NCBI GenBank assembly: GCA_964458415.1
Contig: CAYWIT010000001.1
Span: forward strand, 120,207 to 184,206
Reading direction: 5' to 3'
DNA from: an uncultured Rhodospirillaceae bacterium
Lineage (GTDB): Bacteria > Pseudomonadota > Alphaproteobacteria > Micavibrionales > UBA2020
Length of the DNA stretch: 64,000 bases
Shown: one piece after another, positions 38,126 through 48,098 of the stretch
How the letters are laid out: each line of letters starts with the position of its first letter
Numbering within the stretch: position 1 is the first letter of the stretch
Translations under genes and position numbers: made by a program
Notes under the pieces: model-generated
What the model was told of the DNA's origin: nothing
The model's database searches: none
The model's input: only the letters and a program-made list of their open reading frames with translations

Positions 38126-39802
38126 ATGGCACAAGCCGCACAAAAAACACAGTCGCCGGAGCAAAAGCATATCTGGGAGAAAAGCTATGCGCCGGGGGTG
38201 ACATGGGATATCGAGATTCCTGCGCAGCCGTTATTTTCTTTTCTTGATCAGGCGGCGGCGCGTTTTACCAATTGTCCGGCGGCGAGTTTTGCGGGCTATA
38301 CCTATGATTATAAAACCATCGGGAAAATGGTGGAGCGCGCCGCACGCGGGCTGCAGGCGCTGGGCGTTGTCAAGGGTAAAAAAGTCGGGTTGTTTATGCC
38401 CAACTCGATTTATTCTCTGGTCATGTACTTTGCCGTTTTGAAAGCGGGCGCGACGGTTGTGAATTACAATCCGGTCTATGTCGAGCGTGATTTGATCAAT
38501 CAGGTCGAAGACAGCGAAACGGATATGCTGGTGACGCTGGATGCCCAGCCCTTGCTGGACAAGGCCGGTGCCCTGCTCGAAAAGACGCGGCTTGCCCGCA
38601 TTATTGTCTGTCCGGCCAAGCAGCATCTGGAGCAAACAACCAAAACGCTGGAGCTGAACGGCGATGATATCGTCTGGTTCTGCGATCTGGTCGCCAACGA
38701 AGGGGCGCCTGCGCCTGTTTCCATCCAGCCGGACACGGATATCGCCGTGCTGCAATACACGGGCGGAACGACGGGCGTGCCAAAAGGCGCCGCGCTGACG
38801 CATAGAAACCTTGTCGCGAATGCGACGCAAATGAGCGTCTGGTTTCACAATGCAGAGGAAGGCAAAGACGGCATGATCGCTGTTTTGCCGTTATTTCATG
38901 TTTTTGCCATGACGGTTGTCATGAATATGTCGGTGATGAAGGGGATGCATTTGTATATCCTGCCGCAGTTCAATTTGCAGGATGTTCTGGAACTGATCGG
39001 AAAGGAGCGCCCGGCTTTTATTGCAGGCGTGCCGACTATGTATATGGCTATGGCGGGCGCGGATAAAGTCAGCCAGTATGATTTTTCCTGCCTGAAATTC
39101 TGCCTGTCCGGCGGGGCGCCGCTGCCGGTGGACGTCAAGCGGCTGCTCGAAGAAAAAACGGGTGCCAAGCTGGTGGCGGAAGGGTACGGCCTGACCGAGT
39201 TTTCTCCGGTGGCGACGTGCAATCCGCTGACAGACAAGGCGCGGGCGGGGTCTATCGGGCTGCCAGTTCCCGGTACCGTTGTCGAAATTCTCAGTCTGGA
39301 GGACGGAGAAACGCCGCTGCCTCCGGGAGAAAAGGGGGAGGTTTGCGTGACGGGGCCGCAAATGATGCAGGGTTATTACAAGAAGCCGGAGGAGACGGCG
39401 GGCGTTATCCGCAAGGGACGGCTGCATACGGGGGATGCCGGATATATCGACGCCGACGGCTTCGTTTATATTGTGGATCGGGTCAAGGACATGATTCTCG
39501 TTGGTGGGTATAACGTCTATCCGCGTCATGTCGAGGAAGTGATTTACAGCCACCCTGCCGTACAGGAATGTATTGTTGCCGGAGTGCCGGACAAGTTGCG
39601 GGGGGAGACGGTTCAGGCCTGGGTCAAGCCGCGGGATGGCAATCCGCTGGATGGCGAAACACTGCGGGCTTTTTTGCAGGGCAAGCTTTCCCCCATTGAA
39701 ATGCCAAGGAAAATTATCATCCGGACGGAGCCTTTGCCCAAAACGGCTGTGGGAAAGCTTTCGAAAAAGGATCTGTTGGCACAGGAAGGCATTACGCGTT
39801 AA
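38126..39802 (+). CDS. Long-chain-fatty-acid--CoA ligase (FadD-like) copy 2
   Basis: Paralog of copy 1, with the same motifs and colinear similarity. ATG at 38126 preferred (GGAG RBS) over the tracked 38099. Confidence 0.9.
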   Translation: MAQAAQKTQSPEQKHIWEKSYAPGVTWDIEIPAQPLFSFLDQAAARFTNCPAASFAGYTYDYKTIGKMVERAARGLQALGVVKGKKVGLFMPNSIYSLVMYFAVLKAGATVVNYNPVYVERDLINQVEDSETDMLVTLDAQPLLDKAGALLEKTRLARIIVCPAKQHLEQTTKTLELNGDDIVWFCDLVANEGAPAPVSIQPDTDIAVLQYTGGTTGVPKGAALTHRNLVANATQMSVWFHNAEEGKDGMIAVLPLFHVFAMTVVMNMSVMKGMHLYILPQFNLQDVLELIGKERPAFIAGVPTMYMAMAGADKVSQYDFSCLKFCLSGGAPLPVDVKRLLEEKTGAKLVAEGYGLTEFSPVATCNPLTDKARAGSIGLPVPGTVVEILSLEDGETPLPPGEKGEVCVTGPQMMQGYYKKPEETAGVIRKGRLHTGDAGYIDADGFVYIVDRVKDMILVGGYNVYPRHVEEVIYSHPAVQECIVAGVPDKLRGETVQAWVKPRDGNPLDGETLRAFLQGKLSPIEMPRKIIIRTEPLPKTAVGKLSKKDLLAQEGITR

Positions 39803-40030
39803 GGCAAAGGGCGGGGGAAGAATCTTCTTGCTTTTGCTTTTGGTGTTTGCTATAAAAACGATCGAGTTCTAAGATTGCTCTTTGTCCATGCTGTAGACGG
39901 CTTCGCTGAAGTAGTTTTGTTGCGTTAAACCGAGAGTGACTGCCCAAAGATCGGCGGCAGATTTTAAAACTCTCTACAGGTCTTCTCATCGTGAGGAGGT
40001 CATAACGGTTCGACGAAAAGGAAAATTATC

Positions 40031-40240
40031 ATGGCAACCGGTACAGTTAAATGGTTCAATCCCACAAAAGGTTTTGGTTTCATTCAGCCTGAAACAGGCG
40101 GCAGCGATGTGTTTGTGCACATTTCCGCGCTGGAAGAGCTGGGGATCAAAACCCTCAATGAAGGCCAGCGCGTCAGCTATGAGCTGGCAACACAGCGCGG
40201 CAAAACAGCAGCAACGAATATCAAGCTGATTGCTGCCTAA
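40031..40240 (+). CDS. cspA: Cold-shock protein (CspA family)
   Basis: 69 aa. [15 protein letters not shown] and DVFVH RNP motifs. Preceded by ~230 nt of non-coding leader. Confidence 0.95.
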   Translation: MATGTVKWFNPTKGFGFIQPETGGSDVFVHISALEELGIKTLNEGQRVSYELATQRGKTAATNIKLIAA

Positions 40241-40291
40241 AACGACTTAACATTACAGGCACTTAAACGATATTAGGTGCGGAATTTGACT

Positions 40292-40316
40292 GTGCCGGGG
40301 CATTGTGCTCCGGCAC
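40292..40316 (+). terminator. Hairpin after cspA
   Basis: 7-bp stem GTGCCGG/CCGGCAC with an 11-nt loop. Weak T tail, so possibly an attenuator rather than a full terminator. Confidence 0.35.
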
Positions 40317-40346
40317 AAGTTCCTTATTCCCGAAAGAAAATAGATC

Positions 40347-41900
40347 ATGAAAGACTTCTCCGCGCTGGGCTTGCCCCAGCCGCTACTGCACGCATTGGAA
40401 AAAATGCGTTTTACGACGCCGACGCCTATTCAGGCACAGGCCATTCCTCCGGCACTGAAAGGTCAGGATATTCTGGGCTCCGCACAGACGGGGACGGGAA
40501 AGACGGGTGCCTTCGGCATTCCTTTGCTGGCGCATCTGATGGAGTCAAAGCAATCCGGCGCGCTGGTGATGACGCCAACGCGCGAACTGGCGGCACAGGT
40601 TCTGGCAGCCCTGCGCGAAATGCTGAGTGGCAATGCGCAGATTAAAACGGCGCTGCTGATCGGCGGCGACCCGATGGCGCGGCAACTGCAACAGCTTCGG
40701 GCGCGTCCGCGGATCATTGTTGGAACGCCGGGACGCATTAACGACCATCTGGAGCAGCGCACGCTGAATCTCTCAGCCATGGACTTTCTGGTTCTGGATG
40801 AAACCGACCGTATGCTGGATATGGGGTTCGAGGTGCAGATCGACCGGATTGTCAGGCACATGCCGAAAGTGCGGCAGACGCTGCTTTTCTCGGCGACCCT
40901 GCCCGCCAATATCGTCAAAATGTCGGAAAAATACCTGAACAAGCCTGTGCGCGTTGCGGTCGGCTCCACGCATATGCCGATCGACAAGATCAAGCAGGAG
41001 CTGGTCCATCTTCCGGCTGCCGAAAAATATGAACAGCTGGTCAAACAGCTGGGCGAGCGTAAAGGCTCGATCATTGTCTTTGTCAAGACCAAGCGCGGCG
41101 CGGACCGCATTGCAAAAAAACTGAATGCGGACAAGCATAGCGCCGAAGCGATACATGGCGATTTGAGCCAGAGCAAGCGGACCCGTGTGATCAAGGCGTT
41201 CCGTGATCAGGGGCACCGGATCATGGTAGCGACGGATGTTGCCGCGCGCGGGCTGGATATTCCTCATATCGAGCATGTCATTAATTACGACCTGCCGCAA
41301 TGTCCGGAGGATTATATTCACCGGATCGGACGGACGGCGCGTGCCGGGGCGGAAGGCTCCGCCGTTTGCTTCATCACCCCCGATGATCGCGGGATGTGGC
41401 GTGAAATTCAGGCCCTGATGGACCCCTCGGGAAGATCGCAGGATTCCGAAAGAAGCGGAGGGCGCAGCGGGGGCGCCGTGACCCCCTTGCGGGATCAGCG
41501 CGTGGCACCGAAAGCGCATCGCAAAGGACGCAGCCCGTCGGCGTCAGGCCGTTCCAGAGATGATCGCTCCAAAGAGGGGCGTTCCTTCGCTGGCGGCAGG
41601 CCTGCCGAGCGCAGCAGATATAGCGAAGAAAAACAGCGTAATACACGTTCCAGAGGCGACAGGCCAAGTGAAAGAAGCTTCAGGAGCGAAAGTGCGGGAA
41701 GCCGTCGCCCTGTGCGTGCCGAGGGACGTGCGGAAGGCCGGTCGGAAGGACGTGCGGCCAGCAGGCCAGCAGGCAGATCGACGGAAAGAACGGGGAAACC
41801 GGCGGCAAGGCCGGCCAGTCGTTCCACCGGGCGCCCAGGTGCGCGTCCGAACGGAAAATCCGGCGGGTATTCCAGAGGGCGTAGTGGCGGCGGACGCTAA
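40347..41900 (+). CDS. rhlE: DEAD-box RNA helicase (RhlE-like) with Arg/Ser/Gly-rich tail
   Basis: Q-motif, AQTGTGKT, DEAD-equivalent LDETD, SAT, HRIGRTARAG. About 150-aa basic low-complexity C-terminus. Confidence 0.92.
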   Translation: MKDFSALGLPQPLLHALEKMRFTTPTPIQAQAIPPALKGQDILGSAQTGTGKTGAFGIPLLAHLMESKQSGALVMTPTRELAAQVLAALREMLSGNAQIKTALLIGGDPMARQLQQLRARPRIIVGTPGRINDHLEQRTLNLSAMDFLVLDETDRMLDMGFEVQIDRIVRHMPKVRQTLLFSATLPANIVKMSEKYLNKPVRVAVGSTHMPIDKIKQELVHLPAAEKYEQLVKQLGERKGSIIVFVKTKRGADRIAKKLNADKHSAEAIHGDLSQSKRTRVIKAFRDQGHRIMVATDVAARGLDIPHIEHVINYDLPQCPEDYIHRIGRTARAGAEGSAVCFITPDDRGMWREIQALMDPSGRSQDSERSGGRSGGAVTPLRDQRVAPKAHRKGRSPSASGRSRDDRSKEGRSFAGGRPAERSRYSEEKQRNTRSRGDRPSERSFRSESAGSRRPVRAEGRAEGRSEGRAASRPAGRSTERTGKPAARPASRSTGRPGARPNGKSGGYSRGRSGGGR

Positions 41901-41924
41901 AAACAAGCCTTTCTATTCAGCAAG

Positions 41925-41966
41925 GCCGGAGTTCAGCGACATCTGTTATGCTGGATTCCGGCTTTG
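41925..41966. terminator. Possible bidirectional hairpin between convergent rhlE and MCP genes
   Basis: 13-nt arms GCCGGAGTTCAGC / GCTGGATTCCGGC (11 of 13 paired) with a 12-nt loop. Confidence 0.4.
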
Positions 41967-41971
41967 TGCTG

Positions 41972-43288
41972 TCAGGCAATTTTTCTGAGCTCTGTCATGA
42001 AGCCATCCATCTTTTTCATCAGGTCGCCAATGTTGCGGGAGGAATGGTCGGAAAGCTTTTCTGTAGTGCCCATGACATCACGTGCAGCCTGATCAACCTG
42101 ACCGATGCTCCGGTCGATGCCGCGGACATCTGCGGCCATGCCTTGTGTTCCGCCAGAGGCTCTTTCCGCACTGGACGCAATTTCACGCGCGGCGGCGCTT
42201 TGCTCTTCAATCGCGGCGGCGACAATCGTCGCGGACTCATTGATTTCACCAATAATGGTGCCGATGCCGGAGAACATGGCCATGACTTTTTCTGTGGCTG
42301 TTTGCAGGGCTGCGATCTGTCCGTTGATTTCATTTGTGGCCGTGGCTGTCTGGCCGGCAAGCTGCTTGACTTCCCCGGCCACCACGGAAAACCCTTTTCC
42401 GGCTTCTCCGGCCCGCGCGGCTTCAATCGTGGCGTTAAGGGCCAGAAGGTTGGTCTGGGCTGCGATGGTTTCGATCATATCGACGACCGTGCCTATTTTT
42501 TCGGACATTTCCTCCAGCGTTTTCATCGTTTCCCGCGCTTCCTCAGTACTGGCGACGGCGCGGGCGGAAATATCGGATGTTCTTGCGATCTGCTGGCTGA
42601 TTTCGGCAATCGCGCTCGACATTTCCTCGGCGGCGGCGGAAATTGTCTGCACGTTTTGCGAAGCTTCATCTGATTTTACCACGGCGGCGCCCGCCCCGTT
42701 TCTTGTCTGCTCCACTGTTTTTTCCATTGTTTGCGCGGTGTCTTTGAGCGTTGCAACGGTATTGTTGACGCCGAGAACGACCTCGCGCAGGGAAGAATCG
42801 ACATCCGTTGCGATCTCTGAAAATCCGTTCATCTTCTCCGCCACGCTGGATGTGGCACTGTTGATGATTTTCGCGCCCTGAAGCAAAGCGCCGTGCAGGC
42901 CATCCTCCAGAATACGGCGGAAATACTGGTTATGGCTGACATATTCCATTGCCGCGGTGGCCTCGCGGATGAAGGCATCGCTGTAATCCGTCATATTATT
43001 CACGGCATGTTGCAAGGCGCCGATATCGCCTTGTTCGCTGATATGGGTGATGCGAGTGGAGAAATCCCCCTGCGCCAGAGTGGTGCAAACCTTTGTTGTG
43101 CGTGCAATTTCCTGACGTGCTTGCTGCGTAAACCAGAGCGAAAGGCAGCCCAGAGCGCCTGCGATGGCCAGTGCAGCGCTGGCAGCGGATGCAAGGTTGT
43201 TCCATGCGAGCGTAACGGAAAGCAGGAGCGCAAGAACGCTGCCCCATTGCGCGTACCAGCATTTAGAGAGAGAAGATAAATTCGTCAT
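41972..43288 (-). CDS. Methyl-accepting chemotaxis protein (TM hairpin-HAMP-signalling domain, no periplasmic domain)
   Basis: 438 aa. Highly conserved MCP hairpin [38 protein letters not shown]-terminal membrane hairpin then HAMP-like segment. Confidence 0.9.
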   Translation of the reverse strand: MTNLSSLSKCWYAQWGSVLALLLSVTLAWNNLASAASAALAIAGALGCLSLWFTQQARQEIARTTKVCTTLAQGDFSTRITHISEQGDIGALQHAVNNMTDYSDAFIREATAAMEYVSHNQYFRRILEDGLHGALLQGAKIINSATSSVAEKMNGFSEIATDVDSSLREVVLGVNNTVATLKDTAQTMEKTVEQTRNGAGAAVVKSDEASQNVQTISAAAEEMSSAIAEISQQIARTSDISARAVASTEEARETMKTLEEMSEKIGTVVDMIETIAAQTNLLALNATIEAARAGEAGKGFSVVAGEVKQLAGQTATATNEINGQIAALQTATEKVMAMFSGIGTIIGEINESATIVAAAIEEQSAAAREIASSAERASGGTQGMAADVRGIDRSIGQVDQAARDVMGTTEKLSDHSSRNIGDLMKKMDGFMTELRKIA

Positions 43289-43787
43289 AGCTGATTCCTT
43301 TTTTTTGCAGGACCGATCCCAGCGTGTTATAGGCGCTTGTCATGCCGTCTTTGCGGTTGGGATGTTTGTTTTCTTCTTCCAGCAAGGCGCTGTATAGCGG
43401 GCGGATAACGGTATCCACGATTTTTTTGTCCGGAACGCGACGGTTGGAATGATAGCCGTCAATAACGCCGTTCGTGCTGTAGCTCGGAGTTACGTGCGCC
43501 AGCACCCAGTAATAATCGCCGTTTTTTGTTTTATTCACGACATAGGCGAAAACCTCTTTTTTGTCGGCCAGTCTGTCCCAGAGCAGCTTGAAGACGCAGC
43601 GCGGCATTTCGGGATGTCGCAGGATGCTGTGTGGCGCGCCCATAACTTCCGTTTCAGTATAGCCGGCGATATTCAGGAAGGCGCGGTTGGCATAGGTGAT
43701 ATGCCCTTTCATATCCGTTTTACTGACAATAATTTCATTTTTGTCAAAAAAGCGCTCTACGCCGGTCAGTTCTGCTGTTGCTGTCAT
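43263..43787 (-). CDS. Stand-alone Aer-type PAS domain protein
   Basis: From [12 protein letters not shown] core [43 protein letters not shown] resembles the Aer FAD-PAS. The 3' end overlaps the MCP start by 26 nt. Confidence 0.85.
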   Translation of the reverse strand: MTATAELTGVERFFDKNEIIVSKTDMKGHITYANRAFLNIAGYTETEVMGAPHSILRHPEMPRCVFKLLWDRLADKKEVFAYVVNKTKNGDYYWVLAHVTPSYSTNGVIDGYHSNRRVPDKKIVDTVIRPLYSALLEEENKHPNRKDGMTSAYNTLGSVLQKKGISYDEFIFSL

Positions 43788-44003
43788 AAAATAGTCTTTC
43801 TTGTTTAAAGTTCTTTTTTTACAGTAGCTTGGCGAGCTGGGGGATAAATTGATCTGGATCAAGGTCAGTTATATATTATGTTAAACTACGTCTAGCATTA
43901 TGTAATACAAACATTTTTCGCTCTCTTTTCCTTCTCCATGGTATAAAATCCCCCTGAATCGGGAACAAAAGGAAAGCTGCGGCGATGCGGCAGAACATAA
44001 TAT

Positions 44004-44459
44004 ATGAGCGAAGCGCGACATAATATTCTGATCCTGAACGGCCCCAACCTGAACATGCTCGGCATGCGGGAGCCGGAGGTCTATGGTTTCAAGACCTTGA
44101 GCACGATTGCGCTCGAATGCGAGGAATATGCCGGGGAGCTTGGGTTTTCCATCGATTTTCGCCAGACCAACAGCGAGGGCGAGATGGTGACTATTCTGCA
44201 GGATTCCCGGGAAGCCTGCGGCGGCGTTATTATCAACGCCGGGGCATACAGTCATACGTCCATTGCCATTCATGATGCCCTGAAACTGCTGGAGGTTCCG
44301 GTAATTGAAGTGCATCTCAGCAATATCTACAAGCGCGAAAGTTTTCGCCATACGTCCTATATCGCGCCGCTGGCGCGGGGCGTTATTTGCGGCTTTGGCG
44401 GACATGGATACATTCTGGCTCTTGACGCCATGCGCGGGCTGCTGGATGACGATCAATAA
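44004..44459 (+). CDS. aroQ: Type II 3-dehydroquinate dehydratase
   Basis: 151 aa. ILILNGPNLNMLGMREPEVYG, HLSNIYKRE.FRH. Confidence 0.93.
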   Translation: MSEARHNILILNGPNLNMLGMREPEVYGFKTLSTIALECEEYAGELGFSIDFRQTNSEGEMVTILQDSREACGGVIINAGAYSHTSIAIHDALKLLEVPVIEVHLSNIYKRESFRHTSYIAPLARGVICGFGGHGYILALDAMRGLLDDDQ

Positions 44460-44480
44460 AACGAAAGGAAGACAATAAAA

Positions 44481-44942
44481 ATGCCGCCAATGAAAATTGA
44501 CCATGAGGCCATTCGTAATCTGGCCACGCTGCTGACGGAAACGGATCTGACGGAAATCGAAATTGCCGAGGGGGAGCATCGTATCCGCGTTACCCGGACG
44601 ATCAGCGTCCAGACGATCACGGCACCATCATCGGCTCTGTCGATGACTGCGGCGAACGTTCCAGTCGTTGAGAGCGGCAGGATCGCGGCGACAACGCCGG
44701 AAAATCATCCGGGGGCGGTCAAATCGCCGATGGTGGGAACGGCTTATCTGCAATCCGAGCCGGGCGCACCGCGCTTCACGAGCAAGGGTGCCACGGTCAA
44801 GGCGGGCGACACGCTGCTGATTATCGAAGCCATGAAGGTAATGAATCCGATCAAGGCGGAAAAGGGTGGCGTTGTGACGGATATCCTGATCGAAGACGCG
44901 CAGCCTGTCGAATTCGGCCAAGCCCTCGTCATTATCGAGTAA
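44481..44942 (+). CDS. accB: Biotin carboxyl carrier protein AccB
   Basis: 153 aa. Biotinylation motif IIEAMKVMN. Confidence 0.93.
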   Translation: MPPMKIDHEAIRNLATLLTETDLTEIEIAEGEHRIRVTRTISVQTITAPSSALSMTAANVPVVESGRIAATTPENHPGAVKSPMVGTAYLQSEPGAPRFTSKGATVKAGDTLLIIEAMKVMNPIKAEKGGVVTDILIEDAQPVEFGQALVIIE

Positions 44943-44948
44943 CCATTC

Positions 44949-46316
44949 ATGTTTAAAAAAGTTCTTATCGCCAATCGCGGTGAAATCGCCCTGCGCATCG
45001 TGCGGGCCTGCAAGGAAATGGGCATCGAGACGGTGGTCGTTCATTCAACGGCGGACGCGAATGCCATGGCCGTGCGGATGGCGGACGAAAGCGTTTGCAT
45101 CGGGCCGCCATCTTCGCGGCTGAGCTATCTCAACATGCCGGCCATTCTGACGGCGGCGACGATCACCGGCGCGGATGCGGTTCACCCCGGCATCGGCTTC
45201 CTCTCTGAAAATGAGGAATTCGCCAGAATGGTGGAAGAGCATGGCTTTACCTTTATTGGTCCGGCTCCGGAGCATATTGCCAAGATGGGTGACAAGGCTG
45301 TGGCGAAGGAGACGGTGCGCGCTTTGGGCCTGCCGCTGATCCCCGGCTCCCCCGGCATCGTCAAGAGCGCCGAGGAAGGGCTGGAAATCGCCAAGGATAT
45401 CGGTTTTCCGGTTTTGATCAAGGCTGTGGCGGGCGGCGGCGGCAAAGGGATGAAAGTCGCCAGATCGGAAGAGGAATTCAAGGATTGTTTCCGCATGGCG
45501 TCAAGCGAGGCCAAGGCCGCTTTTGGCAATGGCGATGTCTACATGGAAAAATACCTCTCCCATCCGCGCCATATTGAAATCCAGTTGCTGGGAGACAGTC
45601 ATGGCAATGCCGTGCATCTGGGGGAGCGCGACTGCTCGATCCAGCGGCGCCACCAAAAAGTGATCGAGGAGGGGCCCTCTCCTGCGCTTACGCCGGAACA
45701 GCGTAGTTACATCGGAAATCTTGCCGCAGACTGTATCCGCAAGATGGGGTATCGCGGTGTGGGAACGATGGAATTCCTGTTCGAGGATGACAAGTTCTAT
45801 TTTCTCGAGATGAATACCCGCTTGCAGGTTGAGCACCCGATTACGGAGCTGATTACCGGCGTCGATCTGGTGCGCGAACAACTGCTGGTCGCCGCAGGCG
45901 AGAAATTGCCGTTCAAGCAGGAAAATATTAAAATCATGGGGCATGCCTTTGAATGCCGGATCAATGCCGAGCATCCGGAGACCTTTATTCCCTCTCCCGG
46001 ACGGATTACGCGGTATCATGCGCCCGGCGGCCTCGGGGTGCGGGTGGACAGCGCCCTGTATGATGGCTATACGGTGCCGTCGCACTATGACAGTCTGGTG
46101 GCCAAGCTGATCGTTCATGCCAAGACGCGGGAAGAGGGGCTGATGCGGATGGAACGGGCGCTGCATGAATGCGTGATCGAGGGGATCGAGACGAATATTC
46201 CCTTGCATCTGCGGATTCTGCAGGAGCCGGAGTTCCGCGCCGGGAACTTCAATATTCACTGGCTGGAAAAGATGCTGGCGGCGCAACAGGGAAAAGGCAA
46301 GAAGGTGGCGGGATGA
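44949..46316 (+). CDS. accC: Biotin carboxylase AccC
   Basis: 455 aa. [17 protein letters not shown]..., ATP-grasp motifs. Confidence 0.97.
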   Translation: MFKKVLIANRGEIALRIVRACKEMGIETVVVHSTADANAMAVRMADESVCIGPPSSRLSYLNMPAILTAATITGADAVHPGIGFLSENEEFARMVEEHGFTFIGPAPEHIAKMGDKAVAKETVRALGLPLIPGSPGIVKSAEEGLEIAKDIGFPVLIKAVAGGGGKGMKVARSEEEFKDCFRMASSEAKAAFGNGDVYMEKYLSHPRHIEIQLLGDSHGNAVHLGERDCSIQRRHQKVIEEGPSPALTPEQRSYIGNLAADCIRKMGYRGVGTMEFLFEDDKFYFLEMNTRLQVEHPITELITGVDLVREQLLVAAGEKLPFKQENIKIMGHAFECRINAEHPETFIPSPGRITRYHAPGGLGVRVDSALYDGYTVPSHYDSLVAKLIVHAKTREEGLMRMERALHECVIEGIETNIPLHLRILQEPEFRAGNFNIHWLEKMLAAQQGKGKKVAG

Positions 46317-46912
46317 GAAAGTTCCTTTCTTTTGTTACGGGGGCTCTTTTGCTCACAGCGGTGCCAGCGCAGGCCGCTATGGACAAATACGCTTTTGATA
46401 CGGCGCATACGCAGATATTTTTTGCCGTGGATCATCTCGGTTTTTCGAAACCGCAGGGAAAGTTTAAAGCTTTTAGCGGCAGCTTCAGTTTCGATCCTGA
46501 AAAAGTTGAAAAATCTTCCATCGAGGTTTCCGTTGATCCGGCCAGTATTGATTTTTCGGATGCCGCCTGGGAAGAGCACCTGAGATCTGCGGATTTTTTC
46601 AATGTCGCGCAGTTTCCGGCGGTAACGTTTAAAAGCACGAAGGTTGAAAAGACCGGAGAGAATACAGGCAACGTCACTGGGGATCTGACTTTGCTGGGCG
46701 TGACGAAACCGGTGACGTTGAATGTCACCTTTAACAAGGCGGCGATCAATCCGGTCAGCAAAAAATATGTTGTGGGTTTTGGCGCCACAGCGGCACTTAA
46801 ACGTTCTGACTGGGGCATGGTTTTTGGCTTGCCGGGTGTCGGTGACGAGGTGTCTGTGACAATAAATGTCGAAGGTGTCCGCGAGGAGCCCGTGGAAGGA
46901 AAGAAAAAATGA
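46313..46912 (+). CDS. YceI-family periplasmic protein
   Basis: Start MRKFLSF overlaps the accC stop (ATGA). Signal peptide, then YAFDTAHTQIFFAVDHLGFSKPQGKF, typical of YceI. Confidence 0.85.
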   Translation: MRKFLSFVTGALLLTAVPAQAAMDKYAFDTAHTQIFFAVDHLGFSKPQGKFKAFSGSFSFDPEKVEKSSIEVSVDPASIDFSDAAWEEHLRSADFFNVAQFPAVTFKSTKVEKTGENTGNVTGDLTLLGVTKPVTLNVTFNKAAINPVSKKYVVGFGATAALKRSDWGMVFGLPGVGDEVSVTINVEGVREEPVEGKKK

Positions 46913-47463
46913 GCCTGAAAAACACGCCGGAAAACTATGGGAGCGTCAGCCGCGGGTTCCATTGGCTGACAGCTGCGCTGGTCATTGGATTGCTGGTGCT
47001 GGGGCTGCTGCTGGAAGAGATGGCGCGTGGCGCGTTCAAGCTCAAGATGATCAACCTGCACAAGTCTGTAGGGGTCCTTGTCCTGCTCCTGACTTTGGCG
47101 CGTATTTTGTGGCATTTCTACAGTAAAAAACCGGCACTGATTGCGACCCTGAAGAAATGGGAGAAAGTGCTAAGCCATACGCTGCACGGGCTGCTGTATC
47201 TCGCCCTGATCGGGATGCCGATGTCCGGCTGGATCATGAGCTCCGCCAAAGGCTATCCGGTGAGCCTGTTCAAGCTGGCGACTCTCCCCCAAATTGTCGA
47301 GGAAAATAAAGCACTTGCCGAATGGGCGGGTGAAATTCACGAGATTTTAGGGTATACTTTAATTGTGATCATAATAGTGCATTTCGTTGGAGCGTTAAAA
47401 CATCATTTTATCGACCGGGATGATACGCTGCGCCGGATGACCCCATTTTTAAAGAGGAAGTGA
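46909..47463 (+). CDS. Cytochrome b561 family protein
   Basis: 184 aa, four TM helices. N-terminus YGSVSRGFHWLTAALVIGLL with conserved His residues. ATGA overlap with yceI. Confidence 0.85.
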   Translation: MSLKNTPENYGSVSRGFHWLTAALVIGLLVLGLLLEEMARGAFKLKMINLHKSVGVLVLLLTLARILWHFYSKKPALIATLKKWEKVLSHTLHGLLYLALIGMPMSGWIMSSAKGYPVSLFKLATLPQIVEENKALAEWAGEIHEILGYTLIVIIIVHFVGALKHHFIDRDDTLRRMTPFLKRK

Positions 47464-47464
47464 G

Positions 47465-47998
47465 ATGTCGAATTTTCCTGTTTTCACGCTGTTGCTGCTG
47501 CTGTTTTTGGCGGTGCCGGCGCAGGCAGGGGAGACAGCACAACGCTGGCTGGTGCTGGAGGAGGGGAGTGGGCTTATTCACCAGATAACCGGGACAATGC
47601 CGCAGGCCCGGGCGCAGAATTTCAGTACAGAGATTTATTTTGATCCCGGCGCCCTTGATAAAAGCAGTTTTTTGATAGCTTTTTCTTTTACGCCGCCGGG
47701 ACAGGCTGCGGCGAATGCAAATACGAATACGCTTGATGGCTACTTTGAATCAGCTTCTGTCAGTCGTAAGGACAAGAGTGTGTTTCTGGCCAAAGGGACG
47801 TTGAATATTCTGGGTAATAAGCAGCCGGCTGTTGTTGAAATCAATCCGTATTTTGTTAAAAATACAGATCCGCCAAAAATGGTTTTTGATGGAAAATTTT
47901 CTTTTCAGCCAAGGGCCTTCCTGAGCAGCGCGGATGCGGGTCCTTATCCTTCGGAACTGGTGGTGCAGTTCCGCTTTACGGCAGAGCCCCTGCCGTGA
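47465..47998 (+). CDS. Secreted protein, possibly YceI-like
   Basis: 177 aa with a signal peptide. Starts 1 nt after the cytochrome b561 stop. Only a weak YceI-like pattern. Confidence 0.4.
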   Translation: MSNFPVFTLLLLLFLAVPAQAGETAQRWLVLEEGSGLIHQITGTMPQARAQNFSTEIYFDPGALDKSSFLIAFSFTPPGQAAANANTNTLDGYFESASVSRKDKSVFLAKGTLNILGNKQPAVVEINPYFVKNTDPPKMVFDGKFSFQPRAFLSSADAGPYPSELVVQFRFTAEPLP

Positions 47999-48098
47999 AG
48001 GATTATTTTATGGGGATATGAAAAGTCAAGAGGGGTATATCATAAGTCTTTGATTTTCGGTTTGGAACTTCCCTGCCGGATAGGTTAAAGTCTATAGA

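Noticed and set aside
36252-38204. 650-aa ORF antisense to the first FadD-like gene, extending past both its ends
   Set aside because: The sense strand encodes a protein with unmistakable AMP-binding motifs. The antisense translation is Arg/Leu/His-rich with no motifs. This is typical codon-bias-driven open antisense frames in GC-rich coding DNA.
47335-47463. A/T-rich codon patch (TTA, ATA) at the 3' end of the cytochrome b561 gene, similar in flavour to the alaS patch
   Set aside because: It is short, lies in a membrane-helix and gene-end region where composition often drifts, and has no sharp boundaries. It cannot be distinguished from noise by eye.
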